A stretch of 64,000 bases of DNA, taken from the IMG/VR virus record IMGVR_UViG_3300034073_002480, positions 1 through 64,000 of that record, one strand, 5' to 3'. Numbering within the stretch: the first letter of the stretch is position 1; each line of letters begins with the position of its first letter. The stretch is from a virus. Positions 18,634 through 27,882 of the stretch are shown here, piece after piece. The position numbers were made by a program, and so were the translations under genes. The notes under the pieces are model-generated. The model was not told where the DNA came from, searched no databases, and saw only the letters and a list, made by a program, of their open reading frames with translations.

Positions 18634-20217
18634 ATGTCTTCAATTTTTAATATTCCTCAAGAGCAAGCAAAACTATCTGGTATTTATGTAATTCGTAATA
18701 CAACCAATAATAAAATCTATGTTGGTTCTGCTGTAAATTTGCAAAATCGATTCTGGATTCATTTCTCAAGACTTCGTGCTAACAATCATATTAATAAACA
18801 CCTACAAGCATCATTTAATAAAAATGGTGAGAATAGTTTTACTTTCAACTTATTAGAGATTGTTGAAGATAAAGATGAGCTTATTAATCGTGAACAACAT
18901 TATATTGATACTTTACAACCTCATTATAATATTGCTAAACAAGCAGGTCGTCCACCTCTAGTTGAATGGACAGATGAAATGCGTCAAAAACACAGTGATA
19001 TGATGCGTAATCGTGTCCTACCAAAAGAAACTAAAGCTAAAATACTAGATGCTCTGAATCGTGGTCGTGCTAATTATTTTGCTAGACCTGAAGAGGATAG
19101 AGTAGAACATCGAAAGAAGATTTCACAAGCTTTGACAGGTCGTACACTATCTGAGGAACATAGAAAGAAATGTGGGCTTGCTATGTTAGGCAAAAAATTG
19201 ACAGAGGAGCATAAGCAACAGATTCGTGAAGTCCACAGTAAAGATTATATTGTTATCAGCCCTACTGGTGAGCATCATGAAATTAGTGGGTTGTTTTTGT
19301 TTGCCCAACAATATGAACTTGATGAATCAGCACTAGCATCTTGTGCGAGAGGTGAATATAAACACCACAAAGGATGGCAATGTTTCCGTGTTGAAGATTT
19401 CAGTGAAGATAAGATACAAGATCCAACAACTTTTCATATTAAAGGTGTTACAACTTATATTGTAACAAAACCAGATGGCACTGAAGAGACAACAACTAAT
19501 CTGTATGAGTTCGCAAGACAAAATGGATTAGATGGTTCATCAATGCGTAAAGTTGTTTTAGGAAAACTTGCACATTATAAACAGTATAGGGTGCGTGAAG
19601 AGGGTACAGAACTACAACCATTGCCAAAGCGCAAAAAACCAACTATTGATCCAACAAATACACATCACTTTGTTTGCACAGCACCTGATGGTACAGAATA
19701 CACGACGACAAATATGCCAGAATTTGCTCGTGAGCATGGTATTTGCAAAGAAGCTATGCGTAATGCAGCGAAGGGACGTTTACGCCAATACAAAGGTTGG
19801 CTTTGTCGTTATACACCAGAGACTTTAGCCAAACTAACTCCCGAACAACAAGCGGAAGTACAAGCTAACTTTGCCTACCAAGCTCAGTACCCCGATGGTA
19901 AACCCCAATCACCTGAAGATAGGCAACGTATGATTGATCTCTCTCGCACACCTGAAGCTCTAGCAAAAAGAAGTGCTTCTAGGAAAGGTAAGCGACCTAA
20001 TGCTGAGCAATTACAAAATCTGTCTCTTGGGCATTGTAAACGTACTTTTGTAGTGACAACACCAGAAGGTGAAGAAATCATAACCAAACAACTTGTACAG
20101 TTTGCTAAATCTGTAGGATCACATGGATCAGGTTTTTATAAGTCTTTAAAAACTGGTCAACCACATAAAGGTTATACAGTGCGTGAGATCACTGACCAAC
20201 AACAATCTGTGGTATAA
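18634..20217 (+). CDS. GIY-YIG homing endonuclease with NUMOD3 and four repeated DNA-binding modules
   Basis: GIYVIRN..NNKIYVGSA; repeats P(D/T/E)G.E....NL..FA. Confidence 0.9.
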   Translation: MSSIFNIPQEQAKLSGIYVIRNTTNNKIYVGSAVNLQNRFWIHFSRLRANNHINKHLQASFNKNGENSFTFNLLEIVEDKDELINREQHYIDTLQPHYNIAKQAGRPPLVEWTDEMRQKHSDMMRNRVLPKETKAKILDALNRGRANYFARPEEDRVEHRKKISQALTGRTLSEEHRKKCGLAMLGKKLTEEHKQQIREVHSKDYIVISPTGEHHEISGLFLFAQQYELDESALASCARGEYKHHKGWQCFRVEDFSEDKIQDPTTFHIKGVTTYIVTKPDGTEETTTNLYEFARQNGLDGSSMRKVVLGKLAHYKQYRVREEGTELQPLPKRKKPTIDPTNTHHFVCTAPDGTEYTTTNMPEFAREHGICKEAMRNAAKGRLRQYKGWLCRYTPETLAKLTPEQQAEVQANFAYQAQYPDGKPQSPEDRQRMIDLSRTPEALAKRSASRKGKRPNAEQLQNLSLGHCKRTFVVTTPEGEEIITKQLVQFAKSVGSHGSGFYKSLKTGQPHKGYTVREITDQQQSVV

Positions 20218-20241
20218 TAAAACAAATAACAACACACAATT

Positions 20242-20466
20242 ATGCCTGACAAATACTTTTGCTTAACTTTACTAGAAGAAGATCCAATTAAACTTGTAGA
20301 GTGGTTGACTGACTACGGTACACAGAAAATGGTTAACCATGCTTTCCACAATCGCTACCAAGCATTTCACAAAGATACAAGTGGTGATATTTTAGTACAT
20401 AATAATCTGAAACTCTGTTACCGACTTTGGTTTGATACAGATAACCAGTTACGGGAGTTAGGTTAG
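20242..20466 (+). CDS. Hypothetical protein
   Basis: 74-aa ORF after a TGGTATAAT extended -10. Confidence 0.55.
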   Translation: MPDKYFCLTLLEEDPIKLVEWLTDYGTQKMVNHAFHNRYQAFHKDTSGDILVHNNLKLCYRLWFDTDNQLRELG

Positions 20467-20521
20467 GCTCGATTAACATCCCCTACCTTCTTTTCTATGT
20501 TATACTGAAAATAAAAGAGCT

Positions 20522-20710
20522 ATGAAGAGAATTTGGGGATTTATTTTAGCTACATTAGCTATTATTGGCACTTATATAGGTGTCAATCAACTTACAAACA
20601 GAAAAGGTATATCACAACCAGAACCCCCTGAAACAGAGGAGTACGGTTTAGGTATGCCCAAATCTGGTGGTACTGGTGCTGGTACAAGGAATACAAATAA
20701 GGTACAATAA
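20522..20710 (+). CDS. Small secreted or membrane peptide
   Basis: N-terminal signal/TM, Pro-rich linker, GMPKSGGTGAGTR. Confidence 0.65.
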   Translation: MKRIWGFILATLAIIGTYIGVNQLTNRKGISQPEPPETEEYGLGMPKSGGTGAGTRNTNKVQ

Positions 20711-20838
20711 AGGTAGTATATACAAAAGATTATGTTACACAAACAAGGTTCATTACAGAGATTACCTTTACCACAAAAAATTACTAGTCTGCAAGACAAA
20801 CAACAACCAACAGCTCTGTACAGATACGAAGGGACAGA

Positions 20839-21069
20839 ATGGAAACTGGTACAAAGCAAATAGTTGCTGCGTTGAAAGCACAAATCCAGAGCATCAGAGA
20901 CATACCCAAAGTTACTTTGGCGCTTTGGCAATTTGGTTTGACAGAAGATCAGAGAGAATTAGCTAAACAAAGTCTCAAAACCTATATCATGTCACAAGTT
21001 ATAGGTCGTAACAAAAACAGACGTGATTCCGAAGAAGTTGATCGTATTCTAAACAAGAAACCACTATGA
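20839..21069 (+). CDS. Hypothetical protein
   Basis: 76-aa ORF with ATGA overlap to the next gene. Confidence 0.6.
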   Translation: METGTKQIVAALKAQIQSIRDIPKVTLALWQFGLTEDQRELAKQSLKTYIMSQVIGRNKNRRDSEEVDRILNKKPL

Positions 21070-21599
21070 AACAATATATTTTACACCGCACATTTGTATC
21101 TCAAGACGGCTCTGTGTACCCTCAACGTACCAAACCATATTATGAGTCGGAATTACCTGCTCTTGCCTTACAGAGCGCATTTGCTACCCTTGTGGATGCT
21201 GGAACAACAGTAACAGCAGAGACCAAGACCATAGAAAAAAATGTGGTGGAGTCTGTGTACAACCCTGTCTCCGACCCTAACGTTGTGGCATCACATTTTG
21301 AGCCTAAGTACCACCAAGCGGAAATCCCACAAGAACCTATTGCTGAAATTGACCTCAAGCATTTGAACTCACCTGATCATGTGGTAGCTGAACCAAAACC
21401 TGTTGTATTAGGACAAGCAACTGTTGAAGAAATTGCTGCGTTGCCTTATATCAGTAAGAAGGTGGCTGAGCGTTTAGTGCAAGCTTTGGCTGACGGTCAG
21501 ACTTTTGCTTCTTATGAAGAACTAGATCGCTGGCAGAAATTAGGTTTCGGTAAGAGTTTCGAGTCAACAGGTCTTTTATTACCACAAACAGATGGCTAG
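21066..21599 (+). CDS. Helix-hairpin-helix domain protein
   Basis: C-terminal LGQATVEEIAALPYISKKVAERLV...FASYEEL. Confidence 0.7.
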   Translation: MKQYILHRTFVSQDGSVYPQRTKPYYESELPALALQSAFATLVDAGTTVTAETKTIEKNVVESVYNPVSDPNVVASHFEPKYHQAEIPQEPIAEIDLKHLNSPDHVVAEPKPVVLGQATVEEIAALPYISKKVAERLVQALADGQTFASYEELDRWQKLGFGKSFESTGLLLPQTDG

Positions 21600-22134
21600 T
21601 TTACAATCATTTTTAGCAGAGGCAAAAGATATGGCAAAACCAAAAGTATATATGGACAACAATGGTCAGTATCGTAAATACAGTCTAGCACCGAAAAAGA
21701 AAAAGAATATGGCTAACATGTCCTCTTCTATGTTCTTTATGTCTGACTTTGGAGTTCCATTATGGCAACGTTGGGCTATCGAAGCTAAAGAGGGTGCTAA
21801 AACTATTGGTGGTGTTGTTAAAGACATTGCAACTAAAAAAGCTTATACTGATCCCCGCAAAAACAAAATGTGGACTGAAGATTTAGGTAGAGGTTACGCT
21901 GAAGCTCGTAACCGTGTCAAACAAAGTCTCCGTAAAGCTAACGATGCTAACATAGAAAAAGAACTTATGAAGAACAGAGCATTGGATCTCCAAGTTGACA
22001 AAATGCGTCAGGCAGCTAAAAAGAAATATGCTGCTGGTGGCTTACGTGATCTTGCTCCACTTACACGTAGCGAAAATGATGGTGTCCTTGCACTTGATAA
22101 GCGTTATGGTGTAGGTAAAAAAGCTAAAAAGTAG
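21592..22134 (+). CDS. Basic putative internal head protein
   Basis: ANMSSSMFFMSDF linker; Lys-rich. Confidence 0.55.
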   Translation: MASLQSFLAEAKDMAKPKVYMDNNGQYRKYSLAPKKKKNMANMSSSMFFMSDFGVPLWQRWAIEAKEGAKTIGGVVKDIATKKAYTDPRKNKMWTEDLGRGYAEARNRVKQSLRKANDANIEKELMKNRALDLQVDKMRQAAKKKYAAGGLRDLAPLTRSENDGVLALDKRYGVGKKAKK

Positions 22135-22173
22135 TTACAATTTGATGCTCACTTTCTCTTCTATGGTGGTTAT

Positions 22174-22503
22174 ATGTCACAGCACGGTCTTGAGCTATAT
22201 GTGCCTCGTCAACATAAAGCATATGCAAAGAAGATGTTAAAAGAAGAATGGAATTATGAGTGTGCTTATTGTGGAATCAAAGAACGTCACAAAGAACTCA
22301 CGCTAGATCATATTATCCCGATCAAGAAGGGTGGTGACGATTCTTACTCGAATTTAATACCAGCTTGCCGTTCCTGTAATCTATCTAAGGGACATAGTGG
22401 TGTAAGACAATGGTATTTTGACCATGAGGAGTACTCTACTGAACGTTGGCTGAAGATTAAAAACCATATGAACAGGAAAACTGAAGATGTATTTGCTGCA
22501 TGA
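22174..22503 (+). CDS. HNH endonuclease
   Basis: CAYC...LTLDHIIP..KGG...NLIPACRSCNLSKG. Confidence 0.92.
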   Translation: MSQHGLELYVPRQHKAYAKKMLKEEWNYECAYCGIKERHKELTLDHIIPIKKGGDDSYSNLIPACRSCNLSKGHSGVRQWYFDHEEYSTERWLKIKNHMNRKTEDVFAA

Positions 22504-22909
22504 CCTTTGTAGCTTCGGCTATAAACCACCTGACTACAACAAAATATTAGACAAGTGGTTGCGTATAAGCAAAGCAACTGAACCTATGAACAGCACAACA
22601 GCTTATCATCGCCAGATGCTCTTGCAATCTATGCGTAATAGACCTAACACAGAGTTGCTCACCAAGACATACAAGGATGGTAACAAAACAAGACGTGTAG
22701 CTACAGGAATAATGGTTGGTAAACAAAAACCAGACCGTTTACGTGTTGATTATATAGCTGGTAATCCTTTTAGCGCGAAAGATAAGAGGTTTAAAGGTGC
22801 GTTATCGTCAGTACGCGAGAAAGCTGGTGGCAGAGCAGTGGAAATCGACAGTATAACACCAGTGGTTGACCGTTTGTACAACAGAAAATTAGGAGACAAG
22901 CGGATATGA
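22487..22909 (+). CDS. Putative cargo protein with a GNAT-like fold
   Basis: Leader MYLLHDLCSF; LRVDYIAGNP...VEIDS...LYNRKLG. Confidence 0.45.
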   Translation: MYLLHDLCSFGYKPPDYNKILDKWLRISKATEPMNSTTAYHRQMLLQSMRNRPNTELLTKTYKDGNKTRRVATGIMVGKQKPDRLRVDYIAGNPFSAKDKRFKGALSSVREKAGGRAVEIDSITPVVDRLYNRKLGDKRI

Positions 22910-24006
22910 AAAACCTAGTGCCTAGACCAGCACAATTAAGTCGTGACGGCAAAAGATTAGTCAGAGATTGGATGGGTTCTGATGGTAAGTCATTTCGCTT
23001 ACCACTAAACACAAATAAGAATGCTAAATCATCTATAGTTGACATCTATGGTGAAGCATTTACATCTGTTGTTGGTAAGAACCCAACAATGAAAGTTGAT
23101 GACTACGGCAAATCTATAAGACCTTACAACAGTAAAGTCGAGCCAGCAACAACTAAATCCAATTTATTTCGTAGCATAGGTCGTTGGAAACCTGACCTTG
23201 ACTCAGATAAACCTCTAGATGTATCTGGTCTAGCCTCTATTTCTGTAAGCGCTGATCGTAAGAAGGTTATTGATGCTTTTACTAAAGGTAAAATAAGCAA
23301 AGAAGAGTATGAAGATAGATTGAAAAAGTTAGGAAGATCACCAGCTATTGTAAGTGTTAAAAACAGTAAAGGTGAGCATATTTACGCAAAAAATGTTAAG
23401 TACAGTGCTGACTCTAAAAAAGGTGGTTTGTATCTACCGCAGTCACCCGATGAGCCTCGACAAGTTATAGCTACATTAAAAGGTAAAAAGAAAACTAACA
23501 TTGACCCTGACTCCCAAGAACCAGCAGGATATATTAAAACAGCAAAAGGACGTAAACCTGTGTATGAAACTCTAGGTATTGGCTTCTCTTATAACCCTTT
23601 TCTTCTATGTGACTTCATTGCACAAGCAACCTTTGATGCTGGTCATCCGCAACACATTAGTATTCCCAAAGAAAAATGGGTTGTCATACCAAGTAAACTA
23701 CGCCGCCAAATCCGTACCATAGAAAGAAAAGGTAAGGGTGATCTAGAGGGCATTTATGACCAAGCACGTCACTATGTAGATTTTGCTGGCGAAGCCAAAA
23801 AGAAAAACCCTAAAAAATGGGCGGCAACTGTTGCCTCTGTAAAAGCACAAGATGTCGGTGGTACACCTGCTGGTAAATGGTCAGCTGTAAAAGCATCGAT
23901 AGCTGTGCGTAAGTACAAAGCTAGTGGTGGTAAATATAAAACAAAAGAACGTGGTGCGCTAAGCAACGCTAATTGGTTTCAACAACAAAAGGTTAACAAA
24001 AAATGA
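22906..24006 (+). CDS. Basic multi-module putative cargo protein
   Basis: Internal GFSYNPFLLCDF and YVDF linkers; last module GGTPAGKWSAVKASIAVRKYKASGGKYK resembles a small basic phage domain (DUF5872-like). Confidence 0.6.
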   Translation: MKNLVPRPAQLSRDGKRLVRDWMGSDGKSFRLPLNTNKNAKSSIVDIYGEAFTSVVGKNPTMKVDDYGKSIRPYNSKVEPATTKSNLFRSIGRWKPDLDSDKPLDVSGLASISVSADRKKVIDAFTKGKISKEEYEDRLKKLGRSPAIVSVKNSKGEHIYAKNVKYSADSKKGGLYLPQSPDEPRQVIATLKGKKKTNIDPDSQEPAGYIKTAKGRKPVYETLGIGFSYNPFLLCDFIAQATFDAGHPQHISIPKEKWVVIPSKLRRQIRTIERKGKGDLEGIYDQARHYVDFAGEAKKKNPKKWAATVASVKAQDVGGTPAGKWSAVKASIAVRKYKASGGKYKTKERGALSNANWFQQQKVNKK

Positions 24007-24356
24007 TTTCTCTTCTGTGTGACTTGGCTTTGTTTGCCGAAATAGCCAGTGTAGATAAGTTAAATACAACACGTGCCAAAACTGTTAAGTACAATGGCTC
24101 CAAGTACAAAATCAGTGAACCGTCTCGTTCTGCAAGAAAAGGTAAGAAATACCAAGTGACTGTAGAAAGAAGTGATGGCAAAAAGAAAACTGTAGCTTGG
24201 GGTGACTCTAGCCGAGAAGATTATCTTATACACAAAGATAAGAAACGCCGTGATAATTTTCAGAAACGATTTGGTGGGATAAAGAAAAAAGATGGCTCTT
24301 TAGCTAAGAATGATCCTATGTCACCAGCTTTTTACGCGACCCGTTATAATTGGTGA
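24003..24356 (+). CDS. Small basic protein (DUF5754-like)
   Basis: PSRSARKGKKYQV...KTVAWGD...DYLIHKDKKRRDNF...SPAFYA..NW; leader MISLLCDLALF. Confidence 0.6.
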   Translation: MISLLCDLALFAEIASVDKLNTTRAKTVKYNGSKYKISEPSRSARKGKKYQVTVERSDGKKKTVAWGDSSREDYLIHKDKKRRDNFQKRFGGIKKKDGSLAKNDPMSPAFYATRYNW

Positions 24357-24361
24357 TGACT

Positions 24362-24985
24362 ATGTATATACTGGCTGATTTTGGTAAAATCAACTTAAAG
24401 AATTTGCAAAAACTACAAAAGTTAGATGTTGAAAATTCTAAAAAAGTTTTTATAAGTAGATCTAAAGTTCCTAGTAAACATCCTATGTTTACTGATGAAA
24501 TGATGAGTCTCCATGATGGACTTACACATACTAAAGTAAAACCTTCTTTAATGAAATATCTCCCACAAGTCAATTACAAAAATACTCCGAGAGATTTTTT
24601 ACATTTGAATCCAGATTACACTGACAAAAATAATAAGAAATTCAATAATGCAATAGAATCAATAGCTGTTGGTATTGAAGGTAAAGGTAGGAAGAGTGGA
24701 AATTCTTTAGTTATATTAGGCAACTCTATCCGAAAAAGAGATTTGAATGATGTTGAAAAATTGGCAACATCTTGGCAACAAGTTCCAGAGATAGTGGCAG
24801 TTAAAAATAAATCAACACCTGCAACTGAAGATGATGTAAGTCTTTTAATAAAAGCATTTAAAGATAATAGATCAAGATATACAAATAAAGATAGAGGTGT
24901 TAGAAAAATAAAAGGATTAAAAGCGCCAGAAAGAGATTTAGAATATAAAAAAGCTATTCTACAAGGTAGGTATATATCAGATTAA
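24362..24985 (+). CDS. Lys-rich putative cargo protein
   Basis: Starts MYILADF, identical to the 6801-7880 leader. Confidence 0.6.
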   Translation: MYILADFGKINLKNLQKLQKLDVENSKKVFISRSKVPSKHPMFTDEMMSLHDGLTHTKVKPSLMKYLPQVNYKNTPRDFLHLNPDYTDKNNKKFNNAIESIAVGIEGKGRKSGNSLVILGNSIRKRDLNDVEKLATSWQQVPEIVAVKNKSTPATEDDVSLLIKAFKDNRSRYTNKDRGVRKIKGLKAPERDLEYKKAILQGRYISD

Positions 24986-24986
24986 T

Positions 24987-25376
24987 ATGTTACAGCTATC
25001 CAAACCACCCCGCCCTAATCTACAAAAACCGAAGAAACCACATGAGCGTTTGTTTGTGGACTCTGTATGCAAGACCTTAGAAGAGAAAGGGGTTCAGTAC
25101 CAGCGTGAAGTGTCCACGCCAGTGGGTTATATTGATGTGCTTACAGATGACATACTGTACGAAGCTAAACACTGGTCGGGAATCAAACATGCACTTGGAC
25201 AAATTCTTTTCTATGGTCACTATTACCCACGTCCTCAGCTAGTAATAGTCGTTTTTGCTAAAGAAAACAATAAGGATCGTATTGACCACTGTTATTTAGG
25301 TACATGTATGGCTGTGATAGACAGTTTGGGTTTGTCTGTGCAAATAAAAACAAAAGAAGATTTTATGTTATCATGA
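24987..25376 (+). CDS. PD-(D/E)XK nuclease-like protein
   Basis: EVSTPVGYIDVL....LYEAK..ALGQILFY. Confidence 0.75.
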   Translation: MLQLSKPPRPNLQKPKKPHERLFVDSVCKTLEEKGVQYQREVSTPVGYIDVLTDDILYEAKHWSGIKHALGQILFYGHYYPRPQLVIVVFAKENNKDRIDHCYLGTCMAVIDSLGLSVQIKTKEDFMLS

Positions 25377-25396
25377 AATAATAAAGGTATATAACA

Positions 25397-25975
25397 ATGG
25401 CATTAGCAGATAATTTAACAGAAGAGAAAGCAAGGCTAACAACCTTACTAGAAGCTGAGTATAGCGATCAAAATCTGCGCGATCATCTATTAGATCGTTT
25501 GTTTCTAGTACGTTCTTTATTAGGAGAACTTGCTGGTGTTGGAGGTTCCGTTACTATTAATGGTGGGGATGCTTCAGCAGCTAATCAAACAGCAGTACAG
25601 GCTAATGCTGGTAGTGATGCTAGTAAGGCTGTTACTGTTCAAGGTGTTACAGGCGGTAAAGCTATTCCTGTAACTTTAGACGCATTACCTGCGTTTAGTG
25701 CTGATCCAACAGTGAATATAGGTACGGCTCCAGACCTGACTATATCCAGTACAGAGAGAACCCCATCATTAACTTCTGTAACTAATGCAGGTACAATTGT
25801 TTTTGGTGCAAGGTCTGTTTCTATTGCTAATGTTGGTTCTGCGGCAGGTACTATTCTAGGTACATCTGTTGATGCGGGTATGACAGTAAACTTTACAGCT
25901 CAAGGTTCAGACACATTAGCAGCAATTGCCTACAATGCAACAGGTACGACCTTTTTAATTGCTGAGGTGCGCTAA
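25397..25975 (+). CDS. Virion structural protein (fibre/collar-like)
   Basis: Ala/Gly/Thr-rich, GDASAANQT motif, beta-rich C-terminus. Confidence 0.5.
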   Translation: MALADNLTEEKARLTTLLEAEYSDQNLRDHLLDRLFLVRSLLGELAGVGGSVTINGGDASAANQTAVQANAGSDASKAVTVQGVTGGKAIPVTLDALPAFSADPTVNIGTAPDLTISSTERTPSLTSVTNAGTIVFGARSVSIANVGSAAGTILGTSVDAGMTVNFTAQGSDTLAAIAYNATGTTFLIAEVR

Positions 25976-26556
25976 TGACTTCTATTATTTTACCTAGCAA
26001 TGCTACTGACCCATCACAAATCACAAGCGAAATAGTCCCAACTACTCGCGTAAATCCTAGCACTGGGCTTCCTTCTGGGGGTGACCCTTTGCAGATAGGT
26101 GATAGGTGGTACAAGCCAAGTCTGTTAAGAGAAGGCTTTTACGATGGCGCTATATGGTTGTCAGCGCCAATTACCGTAACATCTGGGCGATTTACTATAT
26201 CGGCGACTACGGCTATAGCCAGTGGCGCACAGGTAAGCGCTCCTACACTGCCGCCAGACTCGATAAAGATTATCAGTGGGCAAATATCTATAGCGGTGGC
26301 ATCAGTTCCTAATGCTACAGACTATTGGAGCGCTCAGATGGGGTACTTTACTCAGCTTACTGGCGGGGCTACCTTACTAGGAAGCGCTCAGAATTTTTTG
26401 ACTGCATCTAATACCATTACGCAAAATTTCACTATTAACACTGTGATTGCTGCTAGCGCTAACCACAGACTGCAAGGCGCCGCATTTACCAGATTTGGAG
26501 CCGCACCAACAATAAGCTGCGCCCTCACTTACATTTACGCATATGTGCTGTCATGA
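25975..26556 (+). CDS. Fibre-like structural protein
   Basis: QIGDRWY...YDGAIWLS fibre-type motif; beta-rich. Confidence 0.5.
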   Translation: MTSIILPSNATDPSQITSEIVPTTRVNPSTGLPSGGDPLQIGDRWYKPSLLREGFYDGAIWLSAPITVTSGRFTISATTAIASGAQVSAPTLPPDSIKIISGQISIAVASVPNATDYWSAQMGYFTQLTGGATLLGSAQNFLTASNTITQNFTINTVIAASANHRLQGAAFTRFGAAPTISCALTYIYAYVLS

Positions 26557-26981
26557 AAAGAGATTCTACTACTTTGTTCCTATTGCTCTTAAATGGCACT
26601 ATCCTACCTGTGCCTTGGGCTGGCATTGAGAATGTGATTGCTAATATCCAATCCGCATATCAATCCCCTACAAAGGAAGTCGCAATTACATCATGGGAAA
26701 CTTTTGTGGCAAGTGGGCAAGAATTAGAGGTAATCCCCAATCCATTGCCTCCAACTCCTGTTGTGCGTTCAATTGATATGCGGCGATTACGATTGGCGCT
26801 GCTACAGATGAATTTGCTTGATGATATTGATGCAGTGGTCGCCGCACAACCAAGATCAGCACAAATTGAATGGGAATTTGCCACGGAAGTTAAATCTGAT
26901 CATCCTTTGGTGGTGCAGTTTGTCGCTGCCTTAAATCTGGATATTGACGCGATTATTGATTTAGCAGAGAGCTTCACCTGA
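26553..26981 (+). CDS. Tail-fibre-associated (chaperone-like) protein
   Basis: IDMRRLRLALLQ..LLD.....AQIEWEFATEV..DHPLV pattern typical of genes next to fibre genes. Confidence 0.6.
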   Translation: MKRDSTTLFLLLLNGTILPVPWAGIENVIANIQSAYQSPTKEVAITSWETFVASGQELEVIPNPLPPTPVVRSIDMRRLRLALLQMNLLDDIDAVVAAQPRSAQIEWEFATEVKSDHPLVVQFVAALNLDIDAIIDLAESFT

Positions 26982-26982
26982 T

Positions 26983-27017
26983 GCGATCATGCACTGTTGC
27001 TCAAGGTGCATGATCGC
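26983..27017. repeat. 12-bp perfect inverted repeat
   Basis: gcgatcatgcac-11 nt-gtgcatgatcgc. Confidence 0.8.
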
Positions 27018-27068
27018 TCTTGATATATCTCTTTAATTTACTGATAGCATACCTACCTTCAGAATACT

Positions 27069-27881
27069 ATGTTGATTAAAAATGGGCAGTTAAAAATAAA
27101 AACGATCAACGGGAAAATTGTTGCCAAACCTGATCTTAAAACAGCGATAGGTTCTGGTGCAACACGTAAATACGCTGTAGCAAAAAAAGGTGTAAGATAT
27201 AGAAAGATATATAAAACAAATCAATCACGTTATATGCTTTTATTAGAAGATATAGCTGACTTCAATAAATCAGCGACCATAGAAAAAAAACAAAAGATAG
27301 ATGTTAAAGATGCTGCTCTAACAGGTGCTACAACAGGTATTGGTGGTGGCTTGGGATCAGGTTTTCTAATTGGTGAATATTTAGCTCGTAATAAGAATAA
27401 AGCTGCTAAAACTAAGTATGGTGTTGGTGGTGCTATTGCAGGTACTGTGGGACTTGGAACTTTGGGCGCTTATCAATCAGCAAGACAACAAAAGAAAGCA
27501 CTGAAAAGCAATAATTCTTCTTCTACAGTCTTAGCTTCGTTTAGTAGTAGCGGTGAAACCAAAAAGAAAAAGAAGATAGTCAAACCTTACACACGAGAAG
27601 GTCGTCAGGTACGTGGTTATACAGTAGATAGTGATGGCAAGAAGCGATATCTGACACCAGAAGAAATGCACTATGAAAAGAATCAGAGAGCAAAAGAAGA
27701 GTTGCAATACAAACAGCGAAGACTAGATCAAGCTAAGGCACGTGAAGAAAGACTGCAACGTGAAGATAAACGTCGTCCAGTAGAAGATGTACGCAAGAAC
27801 GTATCTGCTGCTGTCAACGTATCACGTGAAGCAAAAGGTTGGATAAATACAGGTCACAAAATATTCGGATGGTTCAAATAA
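27069..27881 (+). CDS. Three-module basic putative cargo polyprotein
   Basis: Linkers LLLEDIADF and STVLASF; Gly-zipper TM pair; VKPYTREGRQVRGY hairpin motif. Confidence 0.6.
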   Translation: MLIKNGQLKIKTINGKIVAKPDLKTAIGSGATRKYAVAKKGVRYRKIYKTNQSRYMLLLEDIADFNKSATIEKKQKIDVKDAALTGATTGIGGGLGSGFLIGEYLARNKNKAAKTKYGVGGAIAGTVGLGTLGAYQSARQQKKALKSNNSSSTVLASFSSSGETKKKKKIVKPYTREGRQVRGYTVDSDGKKRYLTPEEMHYEKNQRAKEELQYKQRRLDQAKAREERLQREDKRRPVEDVRKNVSAAVNVSREAKGWINTGHKIFGWFK

Positions 27882-27882
27882 A

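Noticed and set aside
5358-20217. Group I introns or inteins in terL or the capsid gene
   Set aside because: terL has complete ATPase and nuclease motifs, and the capsid ORF is full length. The endonucleases lie outside these ORFs (one antisense), and no intein C/HN termini are evident.
20522-20710. PatS/PatX heterocyst-inhibitor mimic
   Set aside because: It lacks the required RG(S/T)GR pentapeptide; kept only as a generic peptide-mimic candidate.
21066-21599. Photosynthesis auxiliary gene psbU
   Set aside because: Only a generic helix-hairpin-helix similarity; no signal peptide, and it sits in the head module. No psbA or hli genes were seen in the window.
26983-27017. Diversity-generating retroelement hairpin, or HIP1 site
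   Set aside because: No reverse transcriptase and no TR/VR pair differing at adenines in the window; the arms contain GCGATC but not the full GCGATCGC.
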